Origin: Mytilus trossulus
Taxonomy: Eukaryota
Direction: 5' to 3'
NCBI RefSeq assembly: GCF_036588685.1
Contig: NC_086377.1
Coordinates: forward strand, 43,586,001 to 43,650,000
DNA length: 64,000 nt
Part shown: piece after piece, positions 1 to 14,600 of the stretch
Numbering within the stretch: position 1 is the stretch's first letter
How the letters are laid out: every line of letters starts with the position of its first letter
Program-made: the position numbers and the translations under genes
Notes under the pieces: generated by a model
Told to the model about the DNA's origin: nothing
Databases searched by the model: none
What the model saw: only the letters and a program-made list of their open reading frames with translations

Positions 1-3000
1 GGAGCAGGTGTCCGACAGTAGCAAACACGTGCCTGAGAAACGAAAATGACTTAAGTGGGAAATGTTATAAAATTATTAAAAGTGCATTTTCCATAGAGTT
101 AAAGTCCGATGGAAGCATTGTAACGCTTTCTGATTTGTTGCTTTGCTGAATTGTTCCACTGTACCGATGATGTCCGAGGGTTAACATAATCTTATTTTAA
201 AATGTTTTTTATGTTAACATGTAGACACGGATTTGTGTTGATTTGAGAGGGGCATACTTTCCCTATCCCTGTTATCACGTCTGGATTTTTTTGGTTAATT
301 TTAGTTTGTTGTACTGTGACAGCAACTCTTAAGTTGAGACAAGGATTGGCTTCTTCACACGTCTTTAAACCCGCCACATATTATATGCGAATGTCCAAAG
401 TAAGGAACCTGTAGTTAACTGGTTGTTTTGGTTCATGTTGTAAAAATTAAGAGCTATTCATGGCAGTCGTAGATTTGTTTTTACTTAACCCTCTTGCTGC
501 CAAAGGGAGATTTATGGCTTCTTCACACAAATGCTTGTTTATTATGTAGAACGTCAAAGGTCCATGGTAACGTCACAATACTCAGGGGCCCTGACAACGT
601 CAAAAGACGGTGCCAAAAAGACGATTTTGGCGGGTCGGAAGCAAACTGAATAGAATGCATAATAAGTATACTAAAAACGAATGTAAAAAAAATGATACAG
701 GATCATAAGATTGTAAGTACTATAATAAAAACTAGTTCAACGTGTTTACAAATTATCTAATTCGTCATTTTCATGTAAAATGTTGCATTCTTTCGAGAAA
801 TTTGTTTCACGTTTTTTTCATACATCTTTCAATCAGCAAATCTCATATAATAATCGCGTTTCTAATAAATATTTATAACAAAGGTAACTGTTATACTTGA
901 CTACGCGAAATATTAATATTCAGTCATAATACACGTTTAATTTAAGAGAACTAGATTATTTATTTAGGGCTCAAATGTCGCGATTGAATTGTCAGTTAGG
1001 ATTTTTTTGTAAAGGTACACATATGTTAACCAATATACTTGTTTTTTCCATACGATATTTCAATACATTTTGAACTTGTTTCATCATAAAAGTACTGACC
1101 TAAACATATTTTTTTTCATTCCAAATGGGATGTTAAATTAGTATATGACACAATGATTTCTATTTCTATTTCAATGAAGAGGATTCATTTTTGGAGATCT
1201 ACATAGAGCAAGGTGTACCTAGTTTATTAATGTTTACGATAAATAATCAAATGTTGCCAAAATCGTTAAAAAAAACTCTAGTTTGACTATTAGCTGACCA
1301 TTTAGAGGTTAATTTTCTAGTTATTTGTTTACAATTGATCAATTATATTAAAACGTAAGAGAACATACACTTTGCCGTAATCCATGTATTGGGACTTTGT
1401 TAAACATTGATAGATTTAAACATGGCCCTAGAATGAAATGAAGTCAGGGAGAATTCAGCCTTATGCAACCTCAATCCGTTCGTGTATGACCAATAGCACT
1501 AGAAACGACGTGATAAGACATCATGTTTATCCGGTAGTGTATATAGTCCGCGTGTTAGAAGCCAAATAATGCTAATTACAAAAATGCTTATATTGCAAGA
1601 AGGCGATTTGTTATTTACTTGACCATATATCAAATTATTAAGCTTTACGATGATGTTCTTTTATTTGCGTTCTGTTGAAAAATGTTGATAATTTTGAAAC
1701 ATATGTATCATAAAAGTTCAAAAACCAGTACAGAACCACTATGCACTACTTATATTTGTAAAATCTAGTTATTATCATAGATGCACATACATAAATATAC
1801 ACCTATATAAAGGAAATGGTAGTATACTATCGTAGGAAATTCGTAAGCTAACATGTCTAGAAGAATTTATTTAGTCGTCACCAAAAGAAAAGAAAAGTAA
1901 AAGATAAAAAGTCTGTACGTCGAGAGAATGTCAACAAGAAGCATACTTGGCACCTTTATTTATTTAGAAAGTTAAGTTAAGGACAGTAGCAATGATATTG
2001 TTATATTATACAGTTGCAATAAGGCTTATAGCGGAACGTTTAACTTTATATTATGTTTCATTATAAGTCAAAATGACAACAACTCAACACTAACATAGGT
2101 TCTTATATCTTTTATTTTCTTACTACATGGGCAATGATTTTAATGATGTTCAAATGACAGTACTTATAAAATGTTCTTGAAACGTGCGATATCTGACTTC
2201 GTCACGTAAACATCTGTCCATTTTTTTTTTAAGTTCACCAACAAATATTTTCATTTCTTTTACTTAATATTTGACTTGACTTTTCTTTAAATAATGATTT
2301 TAGAAAACTTATTACTCACGTCGGATAAAAATTATTTCTGTTGCAGTTTTTATTTATTATTTCATTTAACCCTCGACAAATGGATATCATACTCTAAAAC
2401 AATAAATACTCTTTGTTAACATGTCAAGACGTATATATTGCGCTTTATGATATGAAGCTAAATTGCAAGTTATAAATTGTGTACTGCAAACACATGCATA
2501 CTGCATGTATAAATTAACTGAAAATGTACAAAACGTATCAGATTTGTTTCACAACCCTCTAAGTTATCAACTTTGAAGTGCAAACACAGATTATTTTTTA
2601 GTTTGTCTTACAATTTATCTTCATTTGTATAACGAAGGTAATCTGGAGTCATTGGAAATATACCGAGTGATTTCAATGGATCTGGTATATCGAATTCCGA
2701 AATTTATATCTGTTGGTTTCTTTCGAATATTTAATAAATATAATATATATACAATGTATTAAGAAATTGTTGGAATAGCCTAGCTTATATACACTGGTTA
2801 GTTTAATTTTAATTTTGAAATTAAACATATATCTGGTTATTTGAATTCACTTGCAATGACAAATTTAATTAAAATAGCACGTTAACCATGCAGAAAATAA
2901 TTAAACTGCTATCACGACTAAGCACTGTTATAGTTAAAATACGCTTGTAACCCTTTCTCTATAATTATATATTTACCTACACACTTTAGGTCAATCACTG

Positions 3001-3855
3001 AGAAAATAGACACAACAATTGTTATTGCATTGTACATTTCAGTCTATTAATAATGTTTAAAGAATCTAAAAAAAATGATTGAGAGTCAACTTTTGAAAAT
3101 CGTACTGCGCAGTTTCGATTTCCATATTATTATTTTTTTAATCTAATTAATGCTTTAATAGTAATAACGTTTCATTGATTTAAACTGATTGTTTAAATTT
3201 GGCAGCATATACTTGTTAAAACTTACAAACTTCAGTCACTATTTCATCAGCAGGAAGTCCGTTACTAACTTTAAAAGTATAAATTAAATCATATAGATAA
3301 CACCCATTATTAACGGAAGTGTTATAATATTGTTCTTCCCAACAAACCAATCAAGGCGATTGTACAGTTTAAAATTATCAAATAAGAGGCATATTAACGG
3401 TAGATAGATGGTAAATCTCGAGTATATACACAATACATGATTTAATATTCCGATAAATATTAAGTCTTATATATATTTGCTGTATCAATTAATAATTTTT
3501 ATATTATTATGATAAGGAAGTAGATATATATTAACGTATTTTGTAAAAAAAGGTATAAATCTATTGAAATTGTTGCGAAGCTTGTTATATTCACCAAACA
3601 ATATATCCATAATGGTATATTGATTTAAATGCAGTTTGTCAACACAAACAGCTGGAATTAGAGATTATATCAATATAGTCTACGCGAAAAAAAATGCTAT
3701 CTCATGTGACATGGTGCTCATTAATTCTTACAGGTTTGATTAATCATTGATTCGCGTTATTTGGAATAATTTTATAAAGAAAAAAGGTACCAATGTTGTA
3801 TGTATGAAAATTCTAGAAAAAAACCATACATTTCCCACTAAATTTTTGAAAGCTA

Positions 3856-4672
3856 AAGCCTCGGTCACACCTTACCGGATAGCACGAACAGACGTCTAAC
3901 GGATGAACACAAAAGTTGTCCGTTGACAAAATTGTTATCCGTTAGGAGTCCGTTGATGTACTGACCGTATAAAACGGACGCGTAACGGATGCATAACGGA
4001 CACACAACTGATATGCAACGTAAATATTCAAAATGTTTCTGTTTTACTAGCTCTGGTTTGGTCTTCAATAATCCGTCAAAGGGCAGTGTCTGGACTGAAT
4101 AAGAACTGCTTGATTGTGAAGACGTGCCTATACTCTAAGATCAGTTATGAATAATAAAAATTCACGAACCTGAAGAAATCTGGCATACCAATAATTGGCA
4201 TTTCTGACGCGAAATTTTCAATTGGCATTTATCCGTTTCAGATTCGTTCATCATCCGTTTCTTATCCGTTATACGTCCGGTATGAGTCCGTTTCTCATCC
4301 GTTCAATATCCTTTTTATACGTTAAACTTCCGGTATAAGTCTGTTGGTGATTTTTACTTCCAGACTTCCAACGGATGTATAAAGGACACGTAACGAATAC
4401 AAAACGGAAACGAAACGGACGAGTACCGTACAAAACGGACGCCTAACGGACGTTCAACGGACATTTTATCCGTTGGACGTCCGTTCAAAGTTTTGAACAT
4501 ACTCAAAGTTTTCCACCGGACAGAACGAACGTAAATGGATAAAACGTACGTTTAACAGACATGCAACGGATATAGATGGACGTCTAACGGATAATAACCT
4601 ACTTGTAACGGACATGAACGGATTGAAAAAAGTTGTCCGTTTGAGCTATCCGGAAAGGTGTGACCGAGGCTT
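3856..4672. mobile_element. Non-autonomous TIR DNA transposon (MITE), PIF/Harbinger-like or TA-targeting
   Basis: 28-bp TIR AAGCCTCGGTCACACCTT(A/T)CCGGATAGC with 1 mismatch. Flanked by TA/TA, or TAA/TTA if the element is read 1 bp shorter at each end. Interior is full of AACGGA/TCCGTT motifs and has no ORF. Confidence 0.85.
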
Positions 4673-5696
4673 TACATTGTCTACCTCAACACACGGCCAT
4701 ATACTTTAAATAATCACAGCTCTTTTAGTTCTGTTCTTTACCTCCTGTTCATTCAAAGAAGAATTTTAGACAGCTTCGAGATGAATGACGACATGGTTGT
4801 GTTTTGTTTTAGAGTATTACCTTTCAATATCATATGTGATATACCCGAACGAATAAGACATTATTTAAATTGATTCATATTTGCGAATCATGTGCTTGTG
4901 CCGTGGATCAAATCAAATCATTGTTTCGATAAGTTTATGATATTGAAAACCCTGATTGGATACTTTTTAGTAACACAGAAAGGTCTAGCACAACAAAAAT
5001 CAATTTTATTCAGATTTGAATCCAGAGTTAAAGTTTAAGAAATCTAACTCTACAAATGTCCATCAATTAAAGAGTTTTGGCAAAATCTTGGAATGAAGAT
5101 TTAGACTTGATCGCTCAAGGTACATTCTACAAATTTGTTTACAGAATTGATGAAGATTACTACACGGTACTAGATTTTTTAGGTCTAGTTTAACACTGTA
5201 GATAAGAATCTCAGCGCTAAAGATGTTAATTCCAAAATTAAAGGAGAATGTTTTAAATACAAACGGCAAACTGATAAAAGAAAACAATATGTGTATGATT
5301 TAGTTTATTTTCTATCTTTGAGTGTGACTGCCCCTCTGGTACCTTTAGCCCCTCTTCTAGTACATGCACGTACTTCCTAATTGTATAATTTACATTGTTT
5401 GTTGTTAAGTAATAGCTTCCTGAACTAAACTTGGGTACATTTGGAGTTAAACGTGTGAAATACATTGTACAATTTAAAGTATCTACTGATTGCTGACTTA
5501 TTTACCATTTTAGAGAAACATAGTTTTGTAGGTTATTCTGTAATTAGTGTATACAGAGAAATAGTTTTGTCGAGGAAAACATGATTATTTGAAGAAAAAC
5601 AATGTTGTTGTTTTTTTTAGACTACATTTTCAGACAAACGTTCACATTAAAACATTTTGTGAAGTAAAGAATATGTCCATTTTGAAGTCATTCTGT

Positions 5697-8600
5697 TCAG
5701 CACAGTTTAAAATATAATACAGAAAGTTCAACAATAAGAAAAAGATATATGTACTGCAACCATTCATTTCTGTTTTGCTGATAGTTGTCGACCCTTCTTC
5801 TCTGATAAGTTGCACGCTTAAATTCGTCAGGGTGAAAATTATTGCCACATCTGCTGCCGTAATAACTTCCGGTGGCATTAACATTTTCCTGCAAAGGCTT
5901 ATAGCTATCTGTTTGATTTTGGGTTTTAGAAGTTGGTCTTATTTGGTTTTGTCACCTGCCATCAAGGCATTTTCGGAAGTGATTGCTGCAATTAAGTATG
6001 TCTATGCCGATCAGAAAAACCATTGGCAGAACGAGAAAAACAATGCAGCTCCGTCCTATAGATTGTGAAGAGTTTTTTTTGTTTACCGACGAGTTTTTCT
6101 TTCGTACCTCTTTCGATACAATATGTTTGTTAACCGAAATCTCGGGTTTTATATTCTTGTTGAAATCTTCGACGATCATTTTCTTTACTTCAGCATCTGT
6201 TATATTCATTCCGTCAGGGTTGTGCCACTTTGTATTAATTAATCTCTTTGAGCATTTACAAAGGAGTTTCCTTGGTCTCTTTTCTAAAATAACAACATGA
6301 ACGTTTATTCATCCCTGTGTTTTATACATTAGGTTATTAGAAAATAATTTAAATAAGGTTAATTCAGTGGCTAAATACATTAACGAACAGTAGGTTTATA
6401 TAACAAAAACAGCTCACGTGTAGTGAAAGATTAAAATATATACGACACAAAAGGAACAGATAATGGAATACAAGGCAAATTTGTGTCTCGAACTTATAAA
6501 GATTTAAAAACTTATTCTCGCATTATCTTAACACTTTCGCAAACAAACAAAAAACCGTGTATGCGTATATTCATTAAAAACAATCTAAACGTATAGCTAG
6601 ACCATCCTCTGATAACTTCATAATGCTATTTGTATCATTTAACATGTTTAACAAACTGTCCGATTCCGATATAGTACAATCAAGGTTGTTTTAACGTAGC
6701 AAGCAATAAACTAGTGGTAAAGTGGAAATTTGAAGAACAAAACAATGCCACGCATTCTCACTGGATTTATGTAGAGTGATGTTGTTGAATTGTCTACACT
6801 TAAGTAAGGGATATCAAACACATGTAATCTGTTTTGTGCTTGAGGATATCGAACAACATGTCTTGATGAGCGATTTGAACGCTATCTTTACCTTTAAATA
6901 TTGTTTCAACTCTTTAAGTGGTCTTCAGTTGCACTTTCAACGGACAAAACGTGTGGCTCTATCTAACTTAAATCTTGATTAAACAATGGCAGTTCACCTA
7001 ACCACTTAAAATGATAGAAATAGGAATATTAATGAAGGTTGAATTGGAGAAAATTGTGTCTTTCATGTTGTTAAAATCATACAGTTATTCTTAATAAGCA
7101 TAACAATTAAGATATCCTGTGTTTTCAGATAAGGTATGACAATAAATAACGCACGGTGGATACCAATTTGTGTGCCATTATGATGTCGTGGTTTTGATGT
7201 TTCTGTGTACAAAGCCTATAGACTATTAGTTATTCGTTGAAAATTTGTAATAGTGATTCCCCTGTGCTAACGAAACCCACGACAATTGGTACGACCCGAA
7301 AGAATGACGCCATAGTATTGTAGATAACAACGCTTTACCTGTAGATGTATGTTTTATTGTCTCAGTCAAATCAGTTGATGTAGAAGTGTGAGTATTTGCA
7401 GAGGTCGACGTCCTTGACGTTATTGTATTTAAAGGCGTTCTGTATGTCACTGTTGCTGGAGATGTGTTTGTACTTATCATTTTCATGAATGTCGTAGTAG
7501 TAAACTGCCTTACAGGTATTGGCGTTATAATAGAAGTTCTAGCAGCTACTGTGCTAGGTGGTCGGTCTATAAAAAAATAACAGATAAATTGACAGCATAT
7601 CACATAACATTGTGTTGCTTTACACGCTGGAGGCTACTCGTATCATTTATTTGTATCGTACACCTTTCACAATTTAAAACATATCATTCGGCTGACATTT
7701 TAAAACAGATAAGGTGCAAACAAAATAATTAAGGTCAAAGTATACATACAAGTATTCTTGTGTTACTCCCATCTGGTCTGCGTTGTATTCAAAGCGTTAC
7801 GTTAAATCGTTATTATAAGACACCATTGGGTAGACGTCGTAAATACAATACAAACACTTTTCAAATTTAGATACAACTACCAACTATATCGTCTTTTTTA
7901 AGTACAGGAAGTTCACATTTTCTGACATTTCTCAATATTTAGCATTTTTTAAATGCAAAAAAAATCTCTGACAAACGTGATGATTTTATTTTTCAATTTC
8001 CAAAAACCTAGGTTTTAATAGTATCCACTTATTAAAAATTATTAAAAAAATGACTTTTACAAATGGCTTATAATTAAACATGTAAAAGATTAAAAAAAAG
8101 AAAAATTGGGGTTCTTGGGCAATTAGGCTTTTAAAGCATTCAAATGGATAAAACCAGAGGATTTCGAAATCTGAAAAAAAATCCAAACCATGACAAGCAA
8201 ACATCCTTTAGATTCCTTTATAGCAGTGCAGTCTGTTATTTTAGCAACTGTGAACTTTGTTGATTGTGACATGCTGACATTGTGCGAATTCGTAAAGCAG
8301 GTGATGTATGCATTGTGTGTGCAGTATGTTTTCCTTGTGCACGCACTCAGTCTAACTCTGTTTGGAGTTTGTCGATTTCATGAGTTTGTATTTACTACCT
8401 TGCTTTGTTTCCACCTTATCGATTTACCGGATATAAACAACGGTTAACTAAAGTCGCATCAGTTCAACGCCGAAAGAACTTTAAAAAATAAGATATACGA
8501 TGCATCTCATAAAAGAGGGGGAAAATACCAAAAGGACAGTCGAACTCCTCAGTCGAAAATAAAATGACAACGCCATGCATGGCTTAAAATGAAAAAGACA

Positions 8601-11600
8601 AACAGACAAACAATAGTACACATGACACAACAAAGAAAACTAAAGAATAAGCAACACGAACCCCAATGTGCACAATTGTAAAATAGAATATGTATACGAA
8701 TAAATGAAAAAGCATTGCCTTTTGGTTTAAATGTTTTATTCATAATATCAAAAATCAATATTTATCTGACCAATTCAGGAATGTGACAGTTGTTATCAAT
8801 TTGTTTGATGTGTTTGAGCTTTTAAATTTGCCGGTTTATAAGGGACTTTCCGTTTTGAATTTTTCCTGACCGTTCGGTATTTTTATGAAATTACTTTTTA
8901 CTTCAATGTATGTGTATAATTACCTATTTCTGAGACTGTTATTATAAAATCATGTGTGTTCAAGTAACCACCACACATTTCTGAATGGTTTCCGGGACAT
9001 TGTTCAGTACAATTAGTAGGTGTTCTGCTGCCCTTCTTATTAAGAACCACTGTTTGACAAAAGCAATATTTTGACTGAAACACAAAAAAATATATATAGT
9101 TTAACTGAAGCTATGTCCCTAGGTTACAAAAGCAAGCAATAACATCAAATAAATGGAGGTAAATCTAATACAATATTTGTTTCATTTAGTTGTAAACTAG
9201 CATATGTACAATAGTTGTTTCAGCCTGTATAAACTTTGTATTTTGAAAAGGAAACACAATACTCAAATCTCCATCTCTCTGTGTTGTTTTTAGTTATACA
9301 TCGGGTTTGTAATTATAGAAAGAAAGACTATCATATTTATAATTTATTAAATGATTCGAACATAATAGTAACACGTTCTCATCTAAAATTAGAAATTCTC
9401 ATTAACGGTAATTTGTCATAATTCGTACTCAAATAGGTCGAATTATTGCTCATGAGACAAACTGATGCAAAAAAGAGAAAAATAAAGAAAAAACACATTT
9501 TTATTTTAGCAAGCACTTGGAAATCGTGAATCTAGCATTTCAACACCTGGTGTATGCTGAACTGAATTGTAATAAATGAACTTGCATTTCTCAGGCCTGT
9601 ATGCTAGCATACGTACCTGGTGTATGCTAATGTCTACAATTAATTAATACATTGTATTTCTCAGGTATGTATGCTAGCATACGCACCTGGTGTATGCAGA
9701 ACAGCAAATATTGAATCAGATGTTGTTTTTCACGAGGTCTGTATGATAGCAGTTGTGGTTTTACTTTATTGCCGATTTCGAGTTTTTTTTTAAACTAAAA
9801 GCCTACCACTGATCTCTTTATTTTCTCCCGTTGGTAAACAGAAAAGCGTTAATTTGCAAGGCAAACCGGTGAAGCGTTCACTGTTGTAAATCTATAAATG
9901 AAAACCTATTCTCAAGTTCCATGACTATGATCACTTTATTGACCTAACAGGTATCCGTTTTGTTTGCAAATTAAAATTACGGAAAAATGAGGCGATCACA
10001 ATTTGTGCAACGTTCCAAGTTCGAAGTTGTTGACAAAAATTTATATGACGTCAGGGACCTTCTGACGTAAAGCGGAAGGATATAGACGGATAGTCTTGAC
10101 TTACACAAGTTACTTTACCAGTACACTTAATTAGAATAATAGCAATTGATTACAAAACAACCTGTTTTATTTATTATACTTGGTATTGGTAATTATTAAA
10201 AAGTCAAAGAAAAAAGGACTATTTATCTGCGGAGCCACGCACTCCATCTAGATGACGTCATTTATAAGTGTAAACAATTTGAATGATCAATGAAGGAGTT
10301 CCCCTCACGGAGAAGAAAATGGACAAAAATACGCTCTATTATCTTGATTTGAATAAACCAGAAGCAAAACAGAATGTCGGATATATTTATGGTAAGTAAA
10401 CCCAGCTGTTTTTTTTACATTTTTGTACTTTTTTTCACGATTTCATTTAACACCCTCTTTTTTGGAGGTCGGCTTGAACAGGTTCACATGTAGCAAAAGG
10501 TAGAATCTAAGGGGGTGCTATGCCAGTGCTTTGTGGGAAATCTTTAGTTGATTTATTGAGGGAAACAGTACTGAAGCGTCCATCTCTAAAGAAGTCATGC
10601 CGTGCCCTCCCTATCTCATCCCCCTTATGAAACTTCTGGATATGCATGTCTTATTCTTACAACTTTTAGGGAAACAACTGTCCCAGGTATAAAAAAAAGG
10701 GGGGGGGGAGCTGAGCACTCACATGTTAAAACCGGCCACACTATATAGTCTTTATATGATCTTATATGCCTGTCCCAAGTCAGGGTCCTGACTGTTGAAG
10801 TTGTCATTGGTTCATATTTTTCCGGTTTTTCTTTTTCGTAAATGTGTTTTGCTATACATTATTATTTCTTATTTTTCTAGTCCAAATAATTATGACGTCT
10901 TGAAAGGCTATTATAATTTTTTTCTTTGACGCCTTACTTCGATGTAAGGCGTCAAAGAAAAAAATTATAATAGCCTTTCAAGACGTCATAATTATTTGGA
11001 CTATTATTTTTCATGATGTTGGGTCCCATAGGCGGATACAAAAGGTACATTTTTACCTGTCCCCCTTTTGTGGGAAACATTTGGTTGATTATATAGGAAC
11101 CCCCTCCCCCTTCATGAAAATATCTAATCCGCCACTAGACTGTTTAAATCAATACTGTAACAAGGTAATTTATGAAAATCTTTTTTTTAAGATACTTCAG
11201 ATACTTTATTTCACTAATAGTTGTGATAAAGCCCCTTAATGTTACAACAATAGCACTAAGGTTCATCCCTGTATTGTTAATGACCAATAAAACAAGGAAA
11301 TTTCACTAATAGTTGCATTTTTCTTAGCTGTAATCTCTGTCCTGCCTTTGTATTTTTCACTCTGTTTAGTCCTGCCTTTTTTTTTTTTAGTTTATCGTGA
11401 CTTTTTTTTACCTAAATTGTCGTCCTGACTTTTTTCGCAGGTGTCTCACCCTGCCTTTTTTTTTACTCAAAACTCCTGTCCTGCCTATTTTTTTCAAATT
11501 TCATCCTATATTCAAATGTAACCCTTAATGGGTCTTTGTTCTGTGTATTTTGGACAGTCATTATTTTGGATATATATATGTATCTGGGATCTAATCCTTC

Positions 11601-14600
11601 TTGTCCGTTTACATAAGGAAATAGCTATTAAATATTTCGCCGTATATATATAGGCTCACTACCGTCTATATACTAGTAACGAAGTCTGTTTAATGTTCAC
11701 ATGTTTAATCATATTAAAGTACATGTATTATATATGATAAATTTAAAAGGTTCACAGCTCAGGTTCACAGTTATAAATTCCAATACAAAACGTTACTTAG
11801 TTCCAACTCTATAAAACAACATGTTACTTCATTATAATCTATATCGGAACTTAATTGTTACTTCAACCTTCTACACCAATATACGTGATCAATGCAAAAA
11901 GTTTTTACAAAATCGTGCTATGAACCGCTGTCCTTAAATTAATAGATTAAACCTTGCTTTGATAAACGTCCAAATGTTATTACAATTCTACTGTGCAACT
12001 CATGTACCGTACAAACTGTCATATTTAATAATCATGATAAAAGATCATTCAACAAATTAAGTATAAGTGACCATCAAATCTTTGATGTAGTTGACCACGC
12101 CACATCATTGTTAAATTTGCGAAGTGTAAAATATTTACTCGCATATATATATATATATGTATATAATATGTAGTTTCCATTTCTCGTTTCAGCATTTTTC
12201 AAACATTGGCTATACCTTTCATGTAACTATTTATGTGTTGCTTATGAATTTAATTGTAACACTTCTTAGTGACTGGATAGGTTAAAACAATGCCTTCCTA
12301 GAGCAAGTGACACCAATGAACAACACCTGTCTTTTTGCTGTTCCTGCTAATAATGTATGCATGGCTTCACTAGAAAAGGCATCAATTCTTTGCTTTCCTG
12401 GTTGAAGGATTTGAACTCCAGTGTATACACAATTGTTACCATAGTATATAGTTCAACTTGGTTGACCGTTGTGGAAAAACCGTTTCACAGATGATTGCTG
12501 ATATGTTTCTCACGTCATAACTACAATCCCCTTCCCTTTTCATGGATTTGACCTACTGTATAAAGCTAGTTATCGGGTTTGTAAAAACATGAGCAACCCG
12601 ACGGTGCCATGGTTGGACATGTGGAGCAGTATCTGCTTACCCTTCTGGAGCAACCGAGATCATCCGGCCAGTTTTGGTTAGGGTTCGTGTTGCTCAGACT
12701 TTGTTTGTTTTCTATGTTGTTTCTTGTGTACTTTAATTTGTATATGTAGACATTTAAGACTGGGCGCAAATCATTCACTTACTGAACACCAGTTTGGTTT
12801 GACAATCACTAGATTGTATGTATAAAACTACAATTCAATAAAACATAGATTGGTATACAAGCAATTAAAGCTTGTATGTATCCATGCAAGAAAAATAAGT
12901 TTTCACCGTACACCAGTGTTGTATGCAAGAATACCATAAACTGAAAATGGCAAACAAATATGCAAACTTTTATGTTCCAATGGGTATAGAATTATATGTT
13001 GGTATGCCGATAATCAACAAGGGTTTATTGAAAAGCGGGTAAGTATACGGGAATAAACCCCTGAGTGTCGCAGTTAAGAATTTTAAAAATAGCTTTCTTT
13101 CAAATTCAAATGAGATGAAGGCTATACATAAGTAATTCCTTACATCCATGTACTTCGACCTTTTCATTTCACAATCATAAAAATAAAATTGAGAATGGAA
13201 ATGGGGAATGTGTCAAAGAGACAACAACCCGACCAAATAAAAAAAACAACAACAGAAGGTCACCAACAGGTCTTCAATGTAGCGAGAAATTCCTTTAGCC
13301 GGCCCCTAAACAAATATATACTAGTTCAGTGAAAATGAACGCCATACTAATTTTCAAATTGTACACAAGAAACTAAAATCAAAATAATACAAGACTAACA
13401 AAGGCCAGAGGCTCCTGACTTGGGACAGGCGCAAAAATGCGGTGGGGTTAAACATGTTTGTAAGATCTCAACCCTCCCCCTATACCTCTAACCAATGTAG
13501 AAAAGTAAACGCATAACAATACGCACATTAAAATTCAGTTCAAGAGAAGTCCGATTCTGATGTCAGAAGATGTAAACAAGAAAATAAACAAAATGACAAT
13601 AATACATAAATAAACAAAATGACAATCATACATAAATAACAACAGACTACTAGCAGTTAACTGACATGCCAGCTCCAGACTTCAATTAAACTGACTGAAA
13701 GATTACACATCTCCTTATTTTATTAAGGGAGTTATGCAAACATAATTAGATAAGAAATGTTACAACTCAGTAAATACTTAGCATTCAGGCATACAGATTG
13801 GCAATACAAACATGAATCCAGAATAAAATTTTAGAATCCATGCAGGCATACAAGTACCTAGCAGAAAAAAACATAAATAAATTAAAAAAAAAAACATATC
13901 CCAGGTTCGTATACACGCATACAGACCTTAACTAAGCCAAAATAAATATATTAAGGTTCTAAATACACCAGATTTGAATGCAGGAATACAGACCTGACAA
14001 ATACTTAGTTATATACGCAGAAAGTGAGAGTTTAACATACACCAGGTCGGTATGCTAGCATACAGACCTGACAAATACTAGTATATTTGCATAGAGTGAG
14101 AGTTTAACATACACCAGGTCAGTATGCTAGCATACAGACCTGAAAAATGCTAGTATATGCATAGAGTGAGAGTTTAGCATTAACCAGGTCGGTATGCTAG
14201 CATACAGACCTAAAATATATAAGTATATATGCATAGAGTGAGAGTTTAGCATTAACCAAGTCGGTATGCTGGCATACAGACCTGACAAATTCTAGTATAC
14301 ACATACAGTGAGGTTTTAGCATACATCAGGGTGGTATGCAGGCATACAGACCTGACAAATACAAGTAAGATAAAAAAAGACTTAATTTAGCATTCTTTTC
14401 ATTGAAACATCTGAAATATATGGGTAAATGCTATGTTATGTATGTATTTCAAAAATGACATAAAAGTATAACAAAAATGCAGAATGAGTATCTTTTTAAT
14501 GTTTATTTACTTGAACTATTTCCTTGGTGTTAAAAAGGTTCATTCTAGCATCCTATGTAAAAGGTTTATGATAAAATAATGAAATTTTGGTTCTCATTTA

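Noticed and set aside
485-510. TTAACCCT piggyBac-like end
   Set aside because: No matching downstream TIR was found.
5775-6300. Plus-strand ORFs 5775..6068, 5983..6300 and 25873..26190, and minus-strand ORFs within 56130-58559
   Set aside because: Antisense shadows of real exons. Most other 60-100-aa ORFs in the track are AT-rich or repeat-derived noise.
13980-14380. CRISPR-like appearance of the regular repeats (also 52510-53030 and 54951-55085)
   Set aside because: These are tandem units without unique spacers, in a eukaryotic context with no cas genes.
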